In this document: positions 1 to 9,193 of the stretch, in pieces
How positions within the stretch are numbered: position 1 is the stretch's first letter
Layout: each line of letters begins with the position of its first letter
Assembly: GCA_001873215.1 (NCBI GenBank)
Contig: MNYS01000009.1
Location: 67,654 to 131,653, forward strand
Length of the DNA: 64,000 nucleotides
Direction: 5' to 3'
From: Candidatus Levybacteria bacterium CG2_30_37_29
GTDB taxonomy: Bacteria; Patescibacteriota; Microgenomatia; Levybacterales; GWA1-39-11
Program-made: the position numbers and the translations under genes
The notes under the pieces: model-generated
What the model was told of the DNA's origin: nothing
Database searches by the model: none
What the model saw: only the letters and a program-made list of their open reading frames with translations

Positions 1-5
1 GGGCA

Positions 6-350
6 TTGGTCTCTCCTTCTGGTAATTATTTAGTGGTACAGACTGTTGAGAAAGAGCCTACGACAACGATGAAGATCGGCTACCTAGATATTGCCAATAA
101 GGCTTTTTATCCAACGCAAATAAGTGGGGATGTTAAAAAATCAGCGTGGGGAAAGAAGGAACAAGCGCTGTTTTTGTTTAACGAAAATACTATTACGAAG
201 ATTTCTTTCCCTGGCTTAAAAACTCAAGTCTTTTCCCTACCTAAAGAAATTTCTCTTTCTTCTATTGACGATGGTTCTTTGATGGTTGGAGACGACAACA
301 AAAGCTTCTTTTTTACCAACAACAACTCTCTTTATAGTATTTCTTTTTAA
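6..350 (+). CDS. hypothetical protein, possibly the C-terminal part of a gene that starts upstream of the window
   Basis: ORF track 114 aa. No recognisable motifs. The reading frame is open from the window edge. Confidence 0.25.
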   Translation: MVSPSGNYLVVQTVEKEPTTTMKIGYLDIANKAFYPTQISGDVKKSAWGKKEQALFLFNENTITKISFPGLKTQVFSLPKEISLSSIDDGSLMVGDDNKSFFFTNNNSLYSISF

Positions 351-352
351 TT

Positions 353-1453
353 TTATTCCTGAATCCTGACGGGCATTATGACATGAAGAAACCCTGCGTC
401 CTTTTCTGTTTTAAAAAGCGCCGGTTCAAGAGGGCTGTTGAGCTCCATAATTACGGTTTCTGCTTCAACGCTTCTTAATAAGTCTAATAAAAATTTTATA
501 TTAAACGCTATTTCGTTATCTTCGCCTTCCTGTGTAACCTCCATTTCTGCGCTTCCCTCTCCCAGCCCGTTGCTTTTTGAAAAAAGGAACATTGTCCCGT
601 TTTTTATTGAAATTTTTGTGATATTTGCGCTTTCCCTTGCAAAAACCGAGGAAAGTTTTAATTTTTGTAAAAAGTCTTCTTTGTCAACAATAGCCTTTGT
701 TTTGTAAGAAGTAGGTATGACTTTTTTATAATTAGGGAACTCTCCTCCTAAAAGCCTTCCCACAAGAGAAATGTTTTGGGTCTCAAAAAGAACTTGATTT
801 GCTTTTTTATGAACGTACATCTCTATTTCTTGATCTTCTTCTTTTATAGATAAAAGTTCCTGTATTAGCTTTGAGGAAAGAATAATTCCTTCTTCTCCGT
901 CAATACTTCCTTGTTTTGTTTGAAAAGAAAGGCGAAACCCGTCTGTTGCTACAAAATGTATCTCCCCCTCTTTTTCTACAAGAAGAATTCCTGTTAACTC
1001 CGGGCGTGATTCGTCGACTGCTACAGCAAACGTTAATTTTGAAAAAAGTCTTTTTACTTCTTTGCCTGTTAAAGAGAGTGTTTTTTTTCCTTTTTCTTCA
1101 AAAAGGTTGGGGAATTCATCTTTTCCTATTGTTTGGAAAATAAGCTTATTTCCTTGGGTTGTCAATATAATAGATTCTCCTTCTTGGATAATTTTTACCT
1201 TTCCTTTTCTAACAGTTGCAAGAGCTTCTAAAAATTGTTTTCCCGGAACAGCGACAGATCCCTCTTTTTCTATTTTTGCAGGAATAGAAACTCTTGTACC
1301 AAGTTCTAAATCTGTTGCAGAAAGAAAAAATCCTTTTGTATCGGCTTGTATTAATATACTTGAAAGAACAGGAACGGGAGAATGTATAGGTAAGGTTTTT
1401 ATAAGAAGAGGAATAAGATTCTCAATGTTCTCTGCCAAAAACTCCACGTCCAT
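353..1453 (-). CDS. dnaN: DNA polymerase III beta sliding clamp
   Basis: 366 aa. Three-domain clamp-like sequence (MDVEFLAENIENL..., ...GFRLS...). Sits directly downstream of dnaA on the same strand. Confidence 0.9.
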   Translation of the reverse strand: MDVEFLAENIENLIPLLIKTLPIHSPVPVLSSILIQADTKGFFLSATDLELGTRVSIPAKIEKEGSVAVPGKQFLEALATVRKGKVKIIQEGESIILTTQGNKLIFQTIGKDEFPNLFEEKGKKTLSLTGKEVKRLFSKLTFAVAVDESRPELTGILLVEKEGEIHFVATDGFRLSFQTKQGSIDGEEGIILSSKLIQELLSIKEEDQEIEMYVHKKANQVLFETQNISLVGRLLGGEFPNYKKVIPTSYKTKAIVDKEDFLQKLKLSSVFARESANITKISIKNGTMFLFSKSNGLGEGSAEMEVTQEGEDNEIAFNIKFLLDLLRSVEAETVIMELNSPLEPALFKTEKDAGFLHVIMPVRIQE

Positions 1454-1648
1454 ATATGTTTACTAATAGTAGTACTAGTAGTATATCTGGAAAAGTGTAA
1501 AAAAGCAAGAACACACGCGTGTTTTTTTGTGGAAAACTCATGGAAAACTTTGTGTAAACCTTGTGAATTAAGTTTATTTATATAAAAAACGGGGAGAAAA
1601 AAGGAAAAAAGAAAACCTATCCACAAAAATAACAATATTTATCCACAA
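1454..1648. promoter_or_regulatory. dnaA-dnaN intergenic oriC-like region with DnaA boxes
   Basis: AT-rich spacer. Perfect DnaA box TTATCCACA at 1639-1647. Variant CTATCCACA at 1617-1625. Weaker TGTGGAAAA-type match near 1528-1536. Confidence 0.6.
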
Positions 1649-3037
1649 CTACCCAACCTGCTTAATTTTTTCCTTCAACACAGAAAGCTCCCCTTTTATT
1701 TTTTCTGAATTTTGTAAAAGAACCCTTACTTTTTCAACGCCATGCATAACCGTTGTATGGTCGCGCCCGCCAAGCAAATTTCCTATTTCAGAAAGAGTAA
1801 CTTGAGCCTCTTCTTTTAAAAGAAACATACATAAATGTCTTGCCCGGACAAGAAAAGCATCTCTTTTTGCCCCTTTTAGTTGGGTGGGCTTAAGGTTGTA
1901 AAAACGGCATATTTCATCAATCACCATATCAGGGTGAAGAAAAGGGCTTGTTGGTTTTGTCTTGCCAAGAAGAGGGAGAACATCTTGCGGTAAAACCTCT
2001 TGGTTGCCGCGCCCATCCATGCTTGTTGCAAGCCTTAATAAAAAACCTTCAAGAGCGCGGGTATCGACAATTTTTTCAGCAACAAGCTTTGCAACATCAA
2101 TTGAAAAAACAAACCCGTATTTTCTACTTTTAATTAATAATATTGCCGTTCTTAATTCAAAGTCTGGGGGAGCGATATCAACAGAAAGACCTCCTTCAAA
2201 TCGGGATGCAAGCCTGGCCTCAATCTTTTTAATTTCAGAAGGGGGTCTGTCAGAAGAAAAAACAATTTGGCGCTGTTTATCAAGAAGGGTGTTAAAGGTA
2301 TGAAAAAGTTCTTCCTGAACCTTTTCTTTCCCGCTTAAAAACTGAATATCATCAAGAAGTAATAGGTCTACATTTCTAAACTTACGTCGAAGCTGAGTTG
2401 TTGTTTTATCTCTTATTGCCTCAACAACCTCGTTGGTAAATTCTTCGGTTGTCATATATAAAACCGCAACATTTTCGTTGTCCTCAAACGCTTTATTTGC
2501 AATAGAGTGCATAAGGTGTGTTTTTCCAACCCCAACAGTTCCGTACAAAAACAAAGGACTATATTTGGTGCCCGGACTTTGAGCAACCGCTAAAGCCGCT
2601 GTGTATGCAAGTTGGTTGCTGTCAGACACCGCAAGAGATTCAAAGGTAAAATCTTGTCGGATCCGGCCCGGACGCAACTTTTTATTTGAAGGTTGCTCGT
2701 GAGATGCAAAAAGAGGACCATGGCTTTGGTTTTTTGCCTTTGCTTTTTCACCACCTGAAACAAAAACAAGACTTGTATTCTCTCCGCTTTTTTTATCCAA
2801 AGTTTTTTTTATCAAAGCGTAATACCTTTTTTCCAAATACTCGGCTGTCATAAAAGCAGGAGTGGAAATTGTAGCAACGGAGCTTGAAAACGAAACCAAG
2901 CGGCAACTTTTAAAAAAAGTAATAAAAACAGGTTTTGAAACCTCTATTTCTATCTCGGCCAGAACAGCCTTCCACAGTTGGTCCATAATTTTTTTATTTA
3001 AGTATTTCTTTTGCGCAGAACCCTTGAGCAGGAGCAC
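1649..3037 (-). CDS. dnaA: chromosomal replication initiator DnaA
   Basis: 462 aa. Walker A GVGKTHL. AAA+ LLLDDIQFL motif. C-terminal DnaA-box binding domain (HTTVMHGVEKV). Confidence 0.92.
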   Translation of the reverse strand: MLLLKGSAQKKYLNKKIMDQLWKAVLAEIEIEVSKPVFITFFKSCRLVSFSSSVATISTPAFMTAEYLEKRYYALIKKTLDKKSGENTSLVFVSGGEKAKAKNQSHGPLFASHEQPSNKKLRPGRIRQDFTFESLAVSDSNQLAYTAALAVAQSPGTKYSPLFLYGTVGVGKTHLMHSIANKAFEDNENVAVLYMTTEEFTNEVVEAIRDKTTTQLRRKFRNVDLLLLDDIQFLSGKEKVQEELFHTFNTLLDKQRQIVFSSDRPPSEIKKIEARLASRFEGGLSVDIAPPDFELRTAILLIKSRKYGFVFSIDVAKLVAEKIVDTRALEGFLLRLATSMDGRGNQEVLPQDVLPLLGKTKPTSPFLHPDMVIDEICRFYNLKPTQLKGAKRDAFLVRARHLCMFLLKEEAQVTLSEIGNLLGGRDHTTVMHGVEKVRVLLQNSEKIKGELSVLKEKIKQVG

Positions 3038-3083
3038 CTTTTTTCATTTTAAGACACCTAAATTTGTAAAAGAAGTATATGTA

Positions 3084-3092
3084 TGTGGATAA
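3084..3092. promoter_or_regulatory. DnaA box (TGTGGATAA, reverse complement of TTATCCACA) upstream of dnaA
   Basis: Exact 9-mer consensus in the dnaA upstream region. Confidence 0.55.
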
Positions 3093-3137
3093 CTTCTTGT
3101 CAAGAGGTCAAATCGCATTCTTTGCTATAATAAAAAT

Positions 3138-5618
3138 ATGAAAATAGGATTTTTTACAGACGGATTTCTTCCCCAGCCAAATGGAGTCGCAACATCTGTT
3201 TTTTCAACCGCCAGAGAGCTTGAAAAAAAAGGCCACGAAGTTTTTGTTGTTGCGCCGAAATACCCCGGCTATAAAGACGAGTTGAATGTTTTTCGCCTGA
3301 CCTCAATAAAGGTTATGAAAAGACCGGAGTTCCGTCTGGCCCTCCATCTACCGGACAAGCCCTTTAGAAAGCTATTGCGCCTTGATTTTGATATAATCCA
3401 TGCCCATTCGCCCGGCCCTGTTGCTTTACTGGGATGGGAAATTGCAAAAGCCAAAGATGTTCCTTTTATTTCCACATATCATACTCTTTGGAACAAATAC
3501 ACGCACTATGTTTTAAAAGGGAAAGTTATTCGCCCTAAAATGGTAGAACAGGCAACCCGCCTTTTTGGAAATAGGTGTGATTATCTTATTGCGCCCACAG
3601 AAAAAGTTAAAAATGAGCTCGTAAGATATGGTATTAAGAGACCAGTAGAAATTGTTCCAACGGGCGTTGATGTGCAAAAATTTGGAGTGTCAAAAAAAGG
3701 GTATTTTTATGAAAAGTTTAAAACCTCCAAAAACGAAAGAATAGCGCTGTGTGTGGTAAGACTCGGAAAAGAAAAATCTGTTGATTTTGTTCTGCGCGCT
3801 TTTAAAAAAATTTTAAAAAAATCTCCAAACACCACGCTTTTTTTAGTTGGAGAAGGGGTTGAGAAAAAAAATCTTTTAAAGCTTGCAAAAAAAATAGGGA
3901 TAGGAAATAAAACGATTTTTACAGGGTTTATTGAGCATGATATTCTGCCTAGGGCTTATGCGGACGCAGATGTTTTTTTGTTTGCTTCGCAAACCGAGAC
4001 TCAAGGAATGGTTATCCTTGAAGCATTTGCATCAGGACTTCCTGTTGTTGCGGTAGATGATGATGCTCTACGCGGCGTGGTTCTGGATGGGGAAAACGGA
4101 TTTTTGGTTGCAAAAGACGAAGAACTTTTTGCGCAAAAGGCTCTTGACGTTTTAGAAAACCCCATGCTTCGCAAAAAACTATCTTTGTGCGCAAAACAAA
4201 CAGCAAAAGAACACTCTGTTTTTCATACAACAGGGATTCTCGAAGCTCTATATAAAGACGTTCTAACAGAAAGAAGCAGAAAAAGCATACAAAAACTTAT
4301 GAATACAAATACCGCCCGAGAGCAACTATATGTTGTGTTGCTTTCTTTTTGGGTTACGATATTTATTGTTAGAATTGCAACATTTTTATTGTATGCGCCA
4401 AAAGGCCCCTACCCCCTTATAGGACTTTTTAATAATTTTTTTACGCATGCCACAATTGGTTTTGTTCTTGTTGCTTTATCTCTTGTTACGTCTTTTAAAA
4501 AAAAGGAATTGCCTCTTTTTGCCCTTCTTTTATTTGGCGTAGGAATAGCCCTTATTTTTGACGAACTTTGGGTATTGGCAACGGGAGGAGCAGCTACGAT
4601 AGTAGATTATTGGGCCAGAGGAAACATGTTGGTAATTGTTTTGGCGGGAGCATTGCCTGCTCTTTTTGTAAAATATATCAAAAAAAACAGGCCCCAGTTT
4701 TTCTTTGGACATCAAAGCCTTGAGCACAGAAACCCCCAAGCCCCAAAAATATCGGTTGTTGTCCCCGCATATAATGAAGAGGAATTTATAGTAAGAACCA
4801 TAAAAAGTCTTGTAAACCAGACACGCAAAGATTTTGAACTAATTGTTGTTGATAACGCATCAACCGACAACACGGGGCTGGTCGCTGCGCAATATGGGGC
4901 AAGAGTTATAAGAGAAGAAAAAAAGGGGGTTGCAAACGCCAGACAGACTGGTTTTATGGCGGCAAAAGGAGAAATTATATTAACAACAGATGCGGACACT
5001 GTTGTTCCGCAGGATTGGATTGAAAAAATTATACCCCATTTTAAAGACGAAAATGTCGCGGCCTTCGGAGGAATTAATAGGCTTTATTCAGGCCCCGTTA
5101 CGGCCCGCGCCGGCTCACGCTATCTTTCAACCCTTTTTTGGGTGGTAGATAAATTTTTATCAGGAGGATGGAATCTTTTAGGGTCAAACCTTTCAGTAAG
5201 AAAATCCTCCTTTTTGGCAATTGGCGGATTTAATACTGCGCTGACCCTGGGTGAAGACGTAGACCTCTCCCAGCGTATTAAAAAAGTCGGAAAAGTTATT
5301 TTGGACCCAAATTTTCTTGTTTTTTCATCCGGAAGAAGATTTAGAAGCGGTCTTATTGTTGGGGTTTTAACATATGCTCCAAGCTGGTTTGCCAGGGTAG
5401 TTTTTAAAAAGGATAAGTTTTTAACTTTTCCCACAATTAGAGACGAGCATTCACTTATTGGAAGATTTACTTTTGTTCCTCTCCTTTTTTGTGTAGTTTT
5501 TCTTGCCACCCTTTTTTATGTGTCTAATCCTAGTGTTTTTCGCGCGCGGGAAATAAGATTTTTGCAAAAAAGCGCTGCTACTTTACAAGAATTTTTTGAT
5601 AAAACACAAAGCAAATAG
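3138..5618 (+). CDS. fusion glycosyltransferase: N-terminal GT1/GT4 domain, central multi-TM segment, C-terminal GT2 GtrB/Ppm-like polyprenyl-phosphate sugar synthase domain with C-terminal TM
   Basis: 826 aa. N-terminus MKIGFFTDGFLPQPNGVATS... (GT4 fold) with the EX7E-like region. Middle hydrophobic block around 4300-4720. C-terminus KISVVVPAYNEEEFI...VVDNASTDNTG is a GT2 DXD-type domain followed by TM helices as in GtrB/Dpm1. Confidence 0.65.
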   Translation: MKIGFFTDGFLPQPNGVATSVFSTARELEKKGHEVFVVAPKYPGYKDELNVFRLTSIKVMKRPEFRLALHLPDKPFRKLLRLDFDIIHAHSPGPVALLGWEIAKAKDVPFISTYHTLWNKYTHYVLKGKVIRPKMVEQATRLFGNRCDYLIAPTEKVKNELVRYGIKRPVEIVPTGVDVQKFGVSKKGYFYEKFKTSKNERIALCVVRLGKEKSVDFVLRAFKKILKKSPNTTLFLVGEGVEKKNLLKLAKKIGIGNKTIFTGFIEHDILPRAYADADVFLFASQTETQGMVILEAFASGLPVVAVDDDALRGVVLDGENGFLVAKDEELFAQKALDVLENPMLRKKLSLCAKQTAKEHSVFHTTGILEALYKDVLTERSRKSIQKLMNTNTAREQLYVVLLSFWVTIFIVRIATFLLYAPKGPYPLIGLFNNFFTHATIGFVLVALSLVTSFKKKELPLFALLLFGVGIALIFDELWVLATGGAATIVDYWARGNMLVIVLAGALPALFVKYIKKNRPQFFFGHQSLEHRNPQAPKISVVVPAYNEEEFIVRTIKSLVNQTRKDFELIVVDNASTDNTGLVAAQYGARVIREEKKGVANARQTGFMAAKGEIILTTDADTVVPQDWIEKIIPHFKDENVAAFGGINRLYSGPVTARAGSRYLSTLFWVVDKFLSGGWNLLGSNLSVRKSSFLAIGGFNTALTLGEDVDLSQRIKKVGKVILDPNFLVFSSGRRFRSGLIVGVLTYAPSWFARVVFKKDKFLTFPTIRDEHSLIGRFTFVPLLFCVVFLATLFYVSNPSVFRAREIRFLQKSAATLQEFFDKTQSK

Positions 5619-5623
5619 CGTTC

Positions 5624-5962
5624 CTAAAGTCCTATTTGGTCTAGAAATGTTAACCAAAGTTTTTTTGCAAAAGATGCATTTTGCATTTGGTAATACCTTT
5701 TTTTTTGTCTGAAATCGCGCGTCCCTGGATTCGGAGGATTGCACCATGCGGAAACAACAACACCCTCTCCTTTTTCGTTTTTTTTAACTACTGCTACAAT
5801 TGTTTGATTTTTTACAATCTTGTGGTATTCAGTTGACCCTTTTTTATTAACCAGTGTTTTGTCGGGCGCAAGAACAGCTTCTTCAACGATTTGCCGGGAA
5901 AGCTTTCTTGCGCGCAATCGTAAAAGAGCATGATTTGTCCAAACAATACTAGAAGACACCAT
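5624..5962 (-). CDS. DUF4258-family toxin-like small protein
   Basis: 112 aa. Pattern HALLRLRARKLS..VEEAV...G.TEYHKIV.N..IVAVVKK...VVVSAW matches the DUF4258 toxin-domain signature. No obvious partner antitoxin gene adjacent. Confidence 0.45.
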   Translation of the reverse strand: MVSSSIVWTNHALLRLRARKLSRQIVEEAVLAPDKTLVNKKGSTEYHKIVKNQTIVAVVKKNEKGEGVVVSAWCNPPNPGTRDFRQKKRYYQMQNASFAKKLWLTFLDQIGL

Positions 5963-5974
5963 AAGACAATTATA

Positions 5975-7486
5975 TCAGTTGGGAAGTGCTGTTTTTTTAA
6001 CCCTATACAAACTTAAATAATTATCGCTTGCTCCGCGTTTAAATCTTAAGACCGGTTCTACGGGCCAATCTCCAACATCCTGTGTTTGATTAAAGATAAT
6101 ATAGACTGGTTTTGTCTGGTTTTTCTCCAATAAGTAGTCGGGTAATTGTTTTGGCAGAATGTCAAAAGAGTGTTGTTTGACATTTGCGTTATTTACAAAA
6201 TAAATTTCAATAACTGTTGCGGGAAGACCACCATAGGTTCCTTCAGACGCTATAATTATTTGTTCTTTTATTGCCTGCTCTTTTAAATAGGCAACTATTT
6301 CACGAAGTCCTTCACCCATGGAAAAACCATTAGAATATTGTTCTATGTCTTCTTTGGGGATTGGAGCACGGGGCATATCGGCTAAAATTTTATAATCGCT
6401 AAAAATTAAAAAAGAAGCACAAGCAATAATAATAAAAAAGTATTTTAATTTACTTTTTAAAAAATAATATAATTCCCAAAACCCTACGGCGGCAAGAGGC
6501 AATAAAAAAATAGACAGCGGGAATATGTAGCGCGCAGTGAGAAGCCGGCCAAACAAGCCAATTCCAACAACCGGAATAATAAACCAAAAAAGCAAAAGAA
6601 GTTTTTCTTTCCTTTGGCCCTTTCCTATAAAAGAGAAAAAAACAACAAGAGCCAAAGGATAGGTAAGATAGATGGTTGTCCAATAAAGAAGTTTTAAAAT
6701 ATTTGGTGTCCAAGTCTGAAAAGCATGATATGGAATAAGCTCATAAAGACGATAGGTAAAAACAGAATCTTTTTCAGAAATCATGTGGTAGTTGTCGGAA
6801 AGAAGCAGAACAGAATAATACAATAAAGAGAGTCCGACAGCCACAGCTGTAAAAAAAACCCATTTAATAAGTTGTTTTGTGCGTTTTTCTTTTAAAGTCG
6901 ACAATATCAGCGTAGTCGGCAACATATAAATGGTAATAAATCCGCTTGATTTTGTAAGAATTCCTGCGCCTAATAAAAGCCCGAGCAAAAAAGAAGTTGC
7001 AAAATTGGCTTTTTTCACAAGAAGAATCGCCAGATACAAAATAAAAACACAAAACATTCCAACAAGGCTTTCGTAAATCGCCATCCTGTTTAAAAGAAGA
7101 GCCGCCGGATACAACACATATAGCAAAACAGAAATAATACTTATCCACCTATTTTTGAACAACTCAAAGCTTAACAAAAATAGTCCGACCATTGTTCCAA
7201 AACCCGCTGCAACAGAAACAAGCCTTCCGGCAATAGGAGGATTATAAACGTATTGCATTAAAAGACTAACAAGCCAAACATAAAGAGGTTGTTTGCCGTC
7301 CTCCAGAGACATCAGCCTAAGAGAAGGGTTATATTTTCCAAACTGCGCCCAGCGTGAATAAATTGCTTCGTCGACAAAAATTGGAAGAAGTTTTAAATGA
7401 TATAGGCGCAGAAAAAAGAACAAAAAAAAAGCAAAAAGGAGAATAAGTATTTCAAACCTATAACGGAGGAGCGTTTTTTTAATCAT
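5975..7486 (-). CDS. GT-C family membrane glycosyltransferase (ArnT/PMT-like, COG1807 type)
   Basis: 503 aa polytopic membrane protein. Conserved DE motif in first loop (FVDEAIYSRWAQ). Large C-terminal soluble domain. Confidence 0.6.
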   Translation of the reverse strand: MIKKTLLRYRFEILILLFAFFLFFFLRLYHLKLLPIFVDEAIYSRWAQFGKYNPSLRLMSLEDGKQPLYVWLVSLLMQYVYNPPIAGRLVSVAAGFGTMVGLFLLSFELFKNRWISIISVLLYVLYPAALLLNRMAIYESLVGMFCVFILYLAILLVKKANFATSFLLGLLLGAGILTKSSGFITIYMLPTTLILSTLKEKRTKQLIKWVFFTAVAVGLSLLYYSVLLLSDNYHMISEKDSVFTYRLYELIPYHAFQTWTPNILKLLYWTTIYLTYPLALVVFFSFIGKGQRKEKLLLLFWFIIPVVGIGLFGRLLTARYIFPLSIFLLPLAAVGFWELYYFLKSKLKYFFIIIACASFLIFSDYKILADMPRAPIPKEDIEQYSNGFSMGEGLREIVAYLKEQAIKEQIIIASEGTYGGLPATVIEIYFVNNANVKQHSFDILPKQLPDYLLEKNQTKPVYIIFNQTQDVGDWPVEPVLRFKRGASDNYLSLYRVKKTALPN

Positions 7487-7590
7487 ATCAAAGCGTATCT
7501 TATCATTTTATCAGATTTAAAGATTTTTGATTTCAAAAGCGCAAAGAAGTTTACGGCCTTAAAACCAAATAATCCCAAAACATCCTTGCT

Positions 7591-7619
7591 CTTGACATTA
7601 ATTTATAAATAAGTTAATC
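7591..7619 (+). promoter_or_regulatory. sigma70-like promoter for the metK leader
   Basis: TTGACA at 7591-7596. 17-nt spacer. TAATCT at 7614-7619. Confidence 0.4.
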
Positions 7620-7624
7620 TATCT

Positions 7625-7748
7625 TTTGCATCAAGAGCGCCCCGCTTTTAGCGGGACCGGCAACCGAAAACTACGGTGCCAGCTCCGGGAAGGAAGATGT
7701 GATCTGCAGAAATGCGGATAAAGTTATGGCTCCCGGATGGGAGTTTTT
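7625..7748 (+). promoter_or_regulatory. SAM-binding riboswitch (SAM-I clan, possibly the I/IV variant) with intrinsic terminator expression platform
   Basis: Leader contains AUCAAGAG, GGCAACC and GGUGCCAGCUCC, which match the conserved SAM-I core strings. P2 hairpin GCCCCGC-UUUUA-GCGGG. A terminator hairpin GCUCCCGGAUGGGAG followed by UUUUU sits at 7729-7748, just before the metK ATG. Confidence 0.55.
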
Positions 7749-7749
7749 A

Positions 7750-8856
7750 ATGGCAAAAAATCATACTTTTACTTCAGAATCAGTTTGTGCGGGTCACCCT
7801 GACAAAATATGCGACTCGGTAAGCGACGCTATTCTTGATGAGGTTTTAAAACAGGACAGGTTTGGCCGTGTGGCCGTTGAGACAATGGCAACCTTTAATA
7901 AATTAGTAATCGCGGGAGAAATTTCATCACACGCTAAAATAGATTTTAAAAAAATAGCACGAAAGAGAATAAAAGATTTAGGATATACAAATCCCCTGTT
8001 TAATTTTTCAGACAAGTCTACTATTCAGGTTTTAGTGCACAAACAATCGCCTGAAATCGCAAAAGGTGTAAAAGTAAAAGGGGCGGGAGATCAGGGAATG
8101 ATGTTTGGATTTGCTTGTCGGGAAACCGAAAGCCTTATGCCTCTTCCTATTTCTATTGCCCACGCTCTTGCCCGAAAAATAGACATGGTACGAGAAAAAA
8201 ACATTCTTTCATATCTTAGGCCTGATGGTAAAACACAAGCAACGGTGGAATATAAAAACGGCAAACCGTATAAAATTGCACAAATTGTTCTAGCTGTTCC
8301 ACATGAAGAAAAAGTAAAAATCGGTGAAGTGAAAAAAGGGCTTTATCGCGAAGTAGTTAAAAAAGTTCTTTCTGAATTCGGATTTAAAATTTCAGAAAAG
8401 GACGTGGTAGTTAATGGAACAGGTGTTTGGCATATGCCCGGACCGGCGTCAGATACAGGGCTCACGGGACGGAAAATAATAGTTGATACATACGGAGGAT
8501 TTGCAAAGGTCGGGGGTGGCGCTTTTTCCGGAAAAGACGCGACAAAAGTTGACCGTTCCGGGGCATACGCGGCAAGATTTATTGCAAAAAATATTGTTGC
8601 CGCCGGCTTGGCTGACAAAGCCGAAGTAAGACTTGCATATTTTATAGGAGCAAAAAAACCGGTTATGCAGGAAGTTGAAACATTTGGAACCCAGAAAAAA
8701 AGTCTGCGGGTAATAGAAAGTTTTATGTCAAAAATTTTGGACACTTCTGTTGAAGGAATTATTGAAGGTTTGAATTTGAGAAAACCGGTTTATTTACAAG
8801 CTTCAGCATACGGACATTTTGGAAGAGAAGAATTTTCCTGGGAACAAATCGCCTAA
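7750..8856 (+). CDS. metK: S-adenosylmethionine synthetase
   Basis: MAKNHTFTSESVCAGHPDKICDSVSDAILDEV... aligns to the bacterial MetK N-terminus. The start was moved to the internal ATG after the riboswitch terminator. Confidence 0.9.
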   Translation: MAKNHTFTSESVCAGHPDKICDSVSDAILDEVLKQDRFGRVAVETMATFNKLVIAGEISSHAKIDFKKIARKRIKDLGYTNPLFNFSDKSTIQVLVHKQSPEIAKGVKVKGAGDQGMMFGFACRETESLMPLPISIAHALARKIDMVREKNILSYLRPDGKTQATVEYKNGKPYKIAQIVLAVPHEEKVKIGEVKKGLYREVVKKVLSEFGFKISEKDVVVNGTGVWHMPGPASDTGLTGRKIIVDTYGGFAKVGGGAFSGKDATKVDRSGAYAARFIAKNIVAAGLADKAEVRLAYFIGAKKPVMQEVETFGTQKKSLRVIESFMSKILDTSVEGIIEGLNLRKPVYLQASAYGHFGREEFSWEQIA

Positions 8857-9193
8857 TCGTTTATATTTTTTTATTAACCTGATTATTCCCCTCCTAGACT
8901 TCTTGCCATAATTGTTATTTTTTTCTCCCCCCCATTTGTTTTATGAGCCTTTTTGATATGTTGTCCAAAAACCGAAGTTGTTTCAGCTCCTTGCGCAAAC
9001 AGCCTGCGAAAAATTCGTCATTAATTTAATCATGATTAAAGCCCTTAAGGCCTAGAGTGTGATTGTATAAATCGATAATTTATTTTTCATAAATTAAATG
9101 CCAAACATAACTATAGAGCCTTGATTTTGCTTATAAAAATTCCTACACTTATAGTAGCGCCTATAATAAGTTACTAAAATGTAACACTTTTTA

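Noticed and set aside
438-1466. Several plus-strand ORFs (438-707, 916-1143, 1062-1466) inside dnaN
   Set aside because: They are antisense to a confidently assigned dnaN and have no motifs. They read as typical shadow ORFs in AT-rich DNA.
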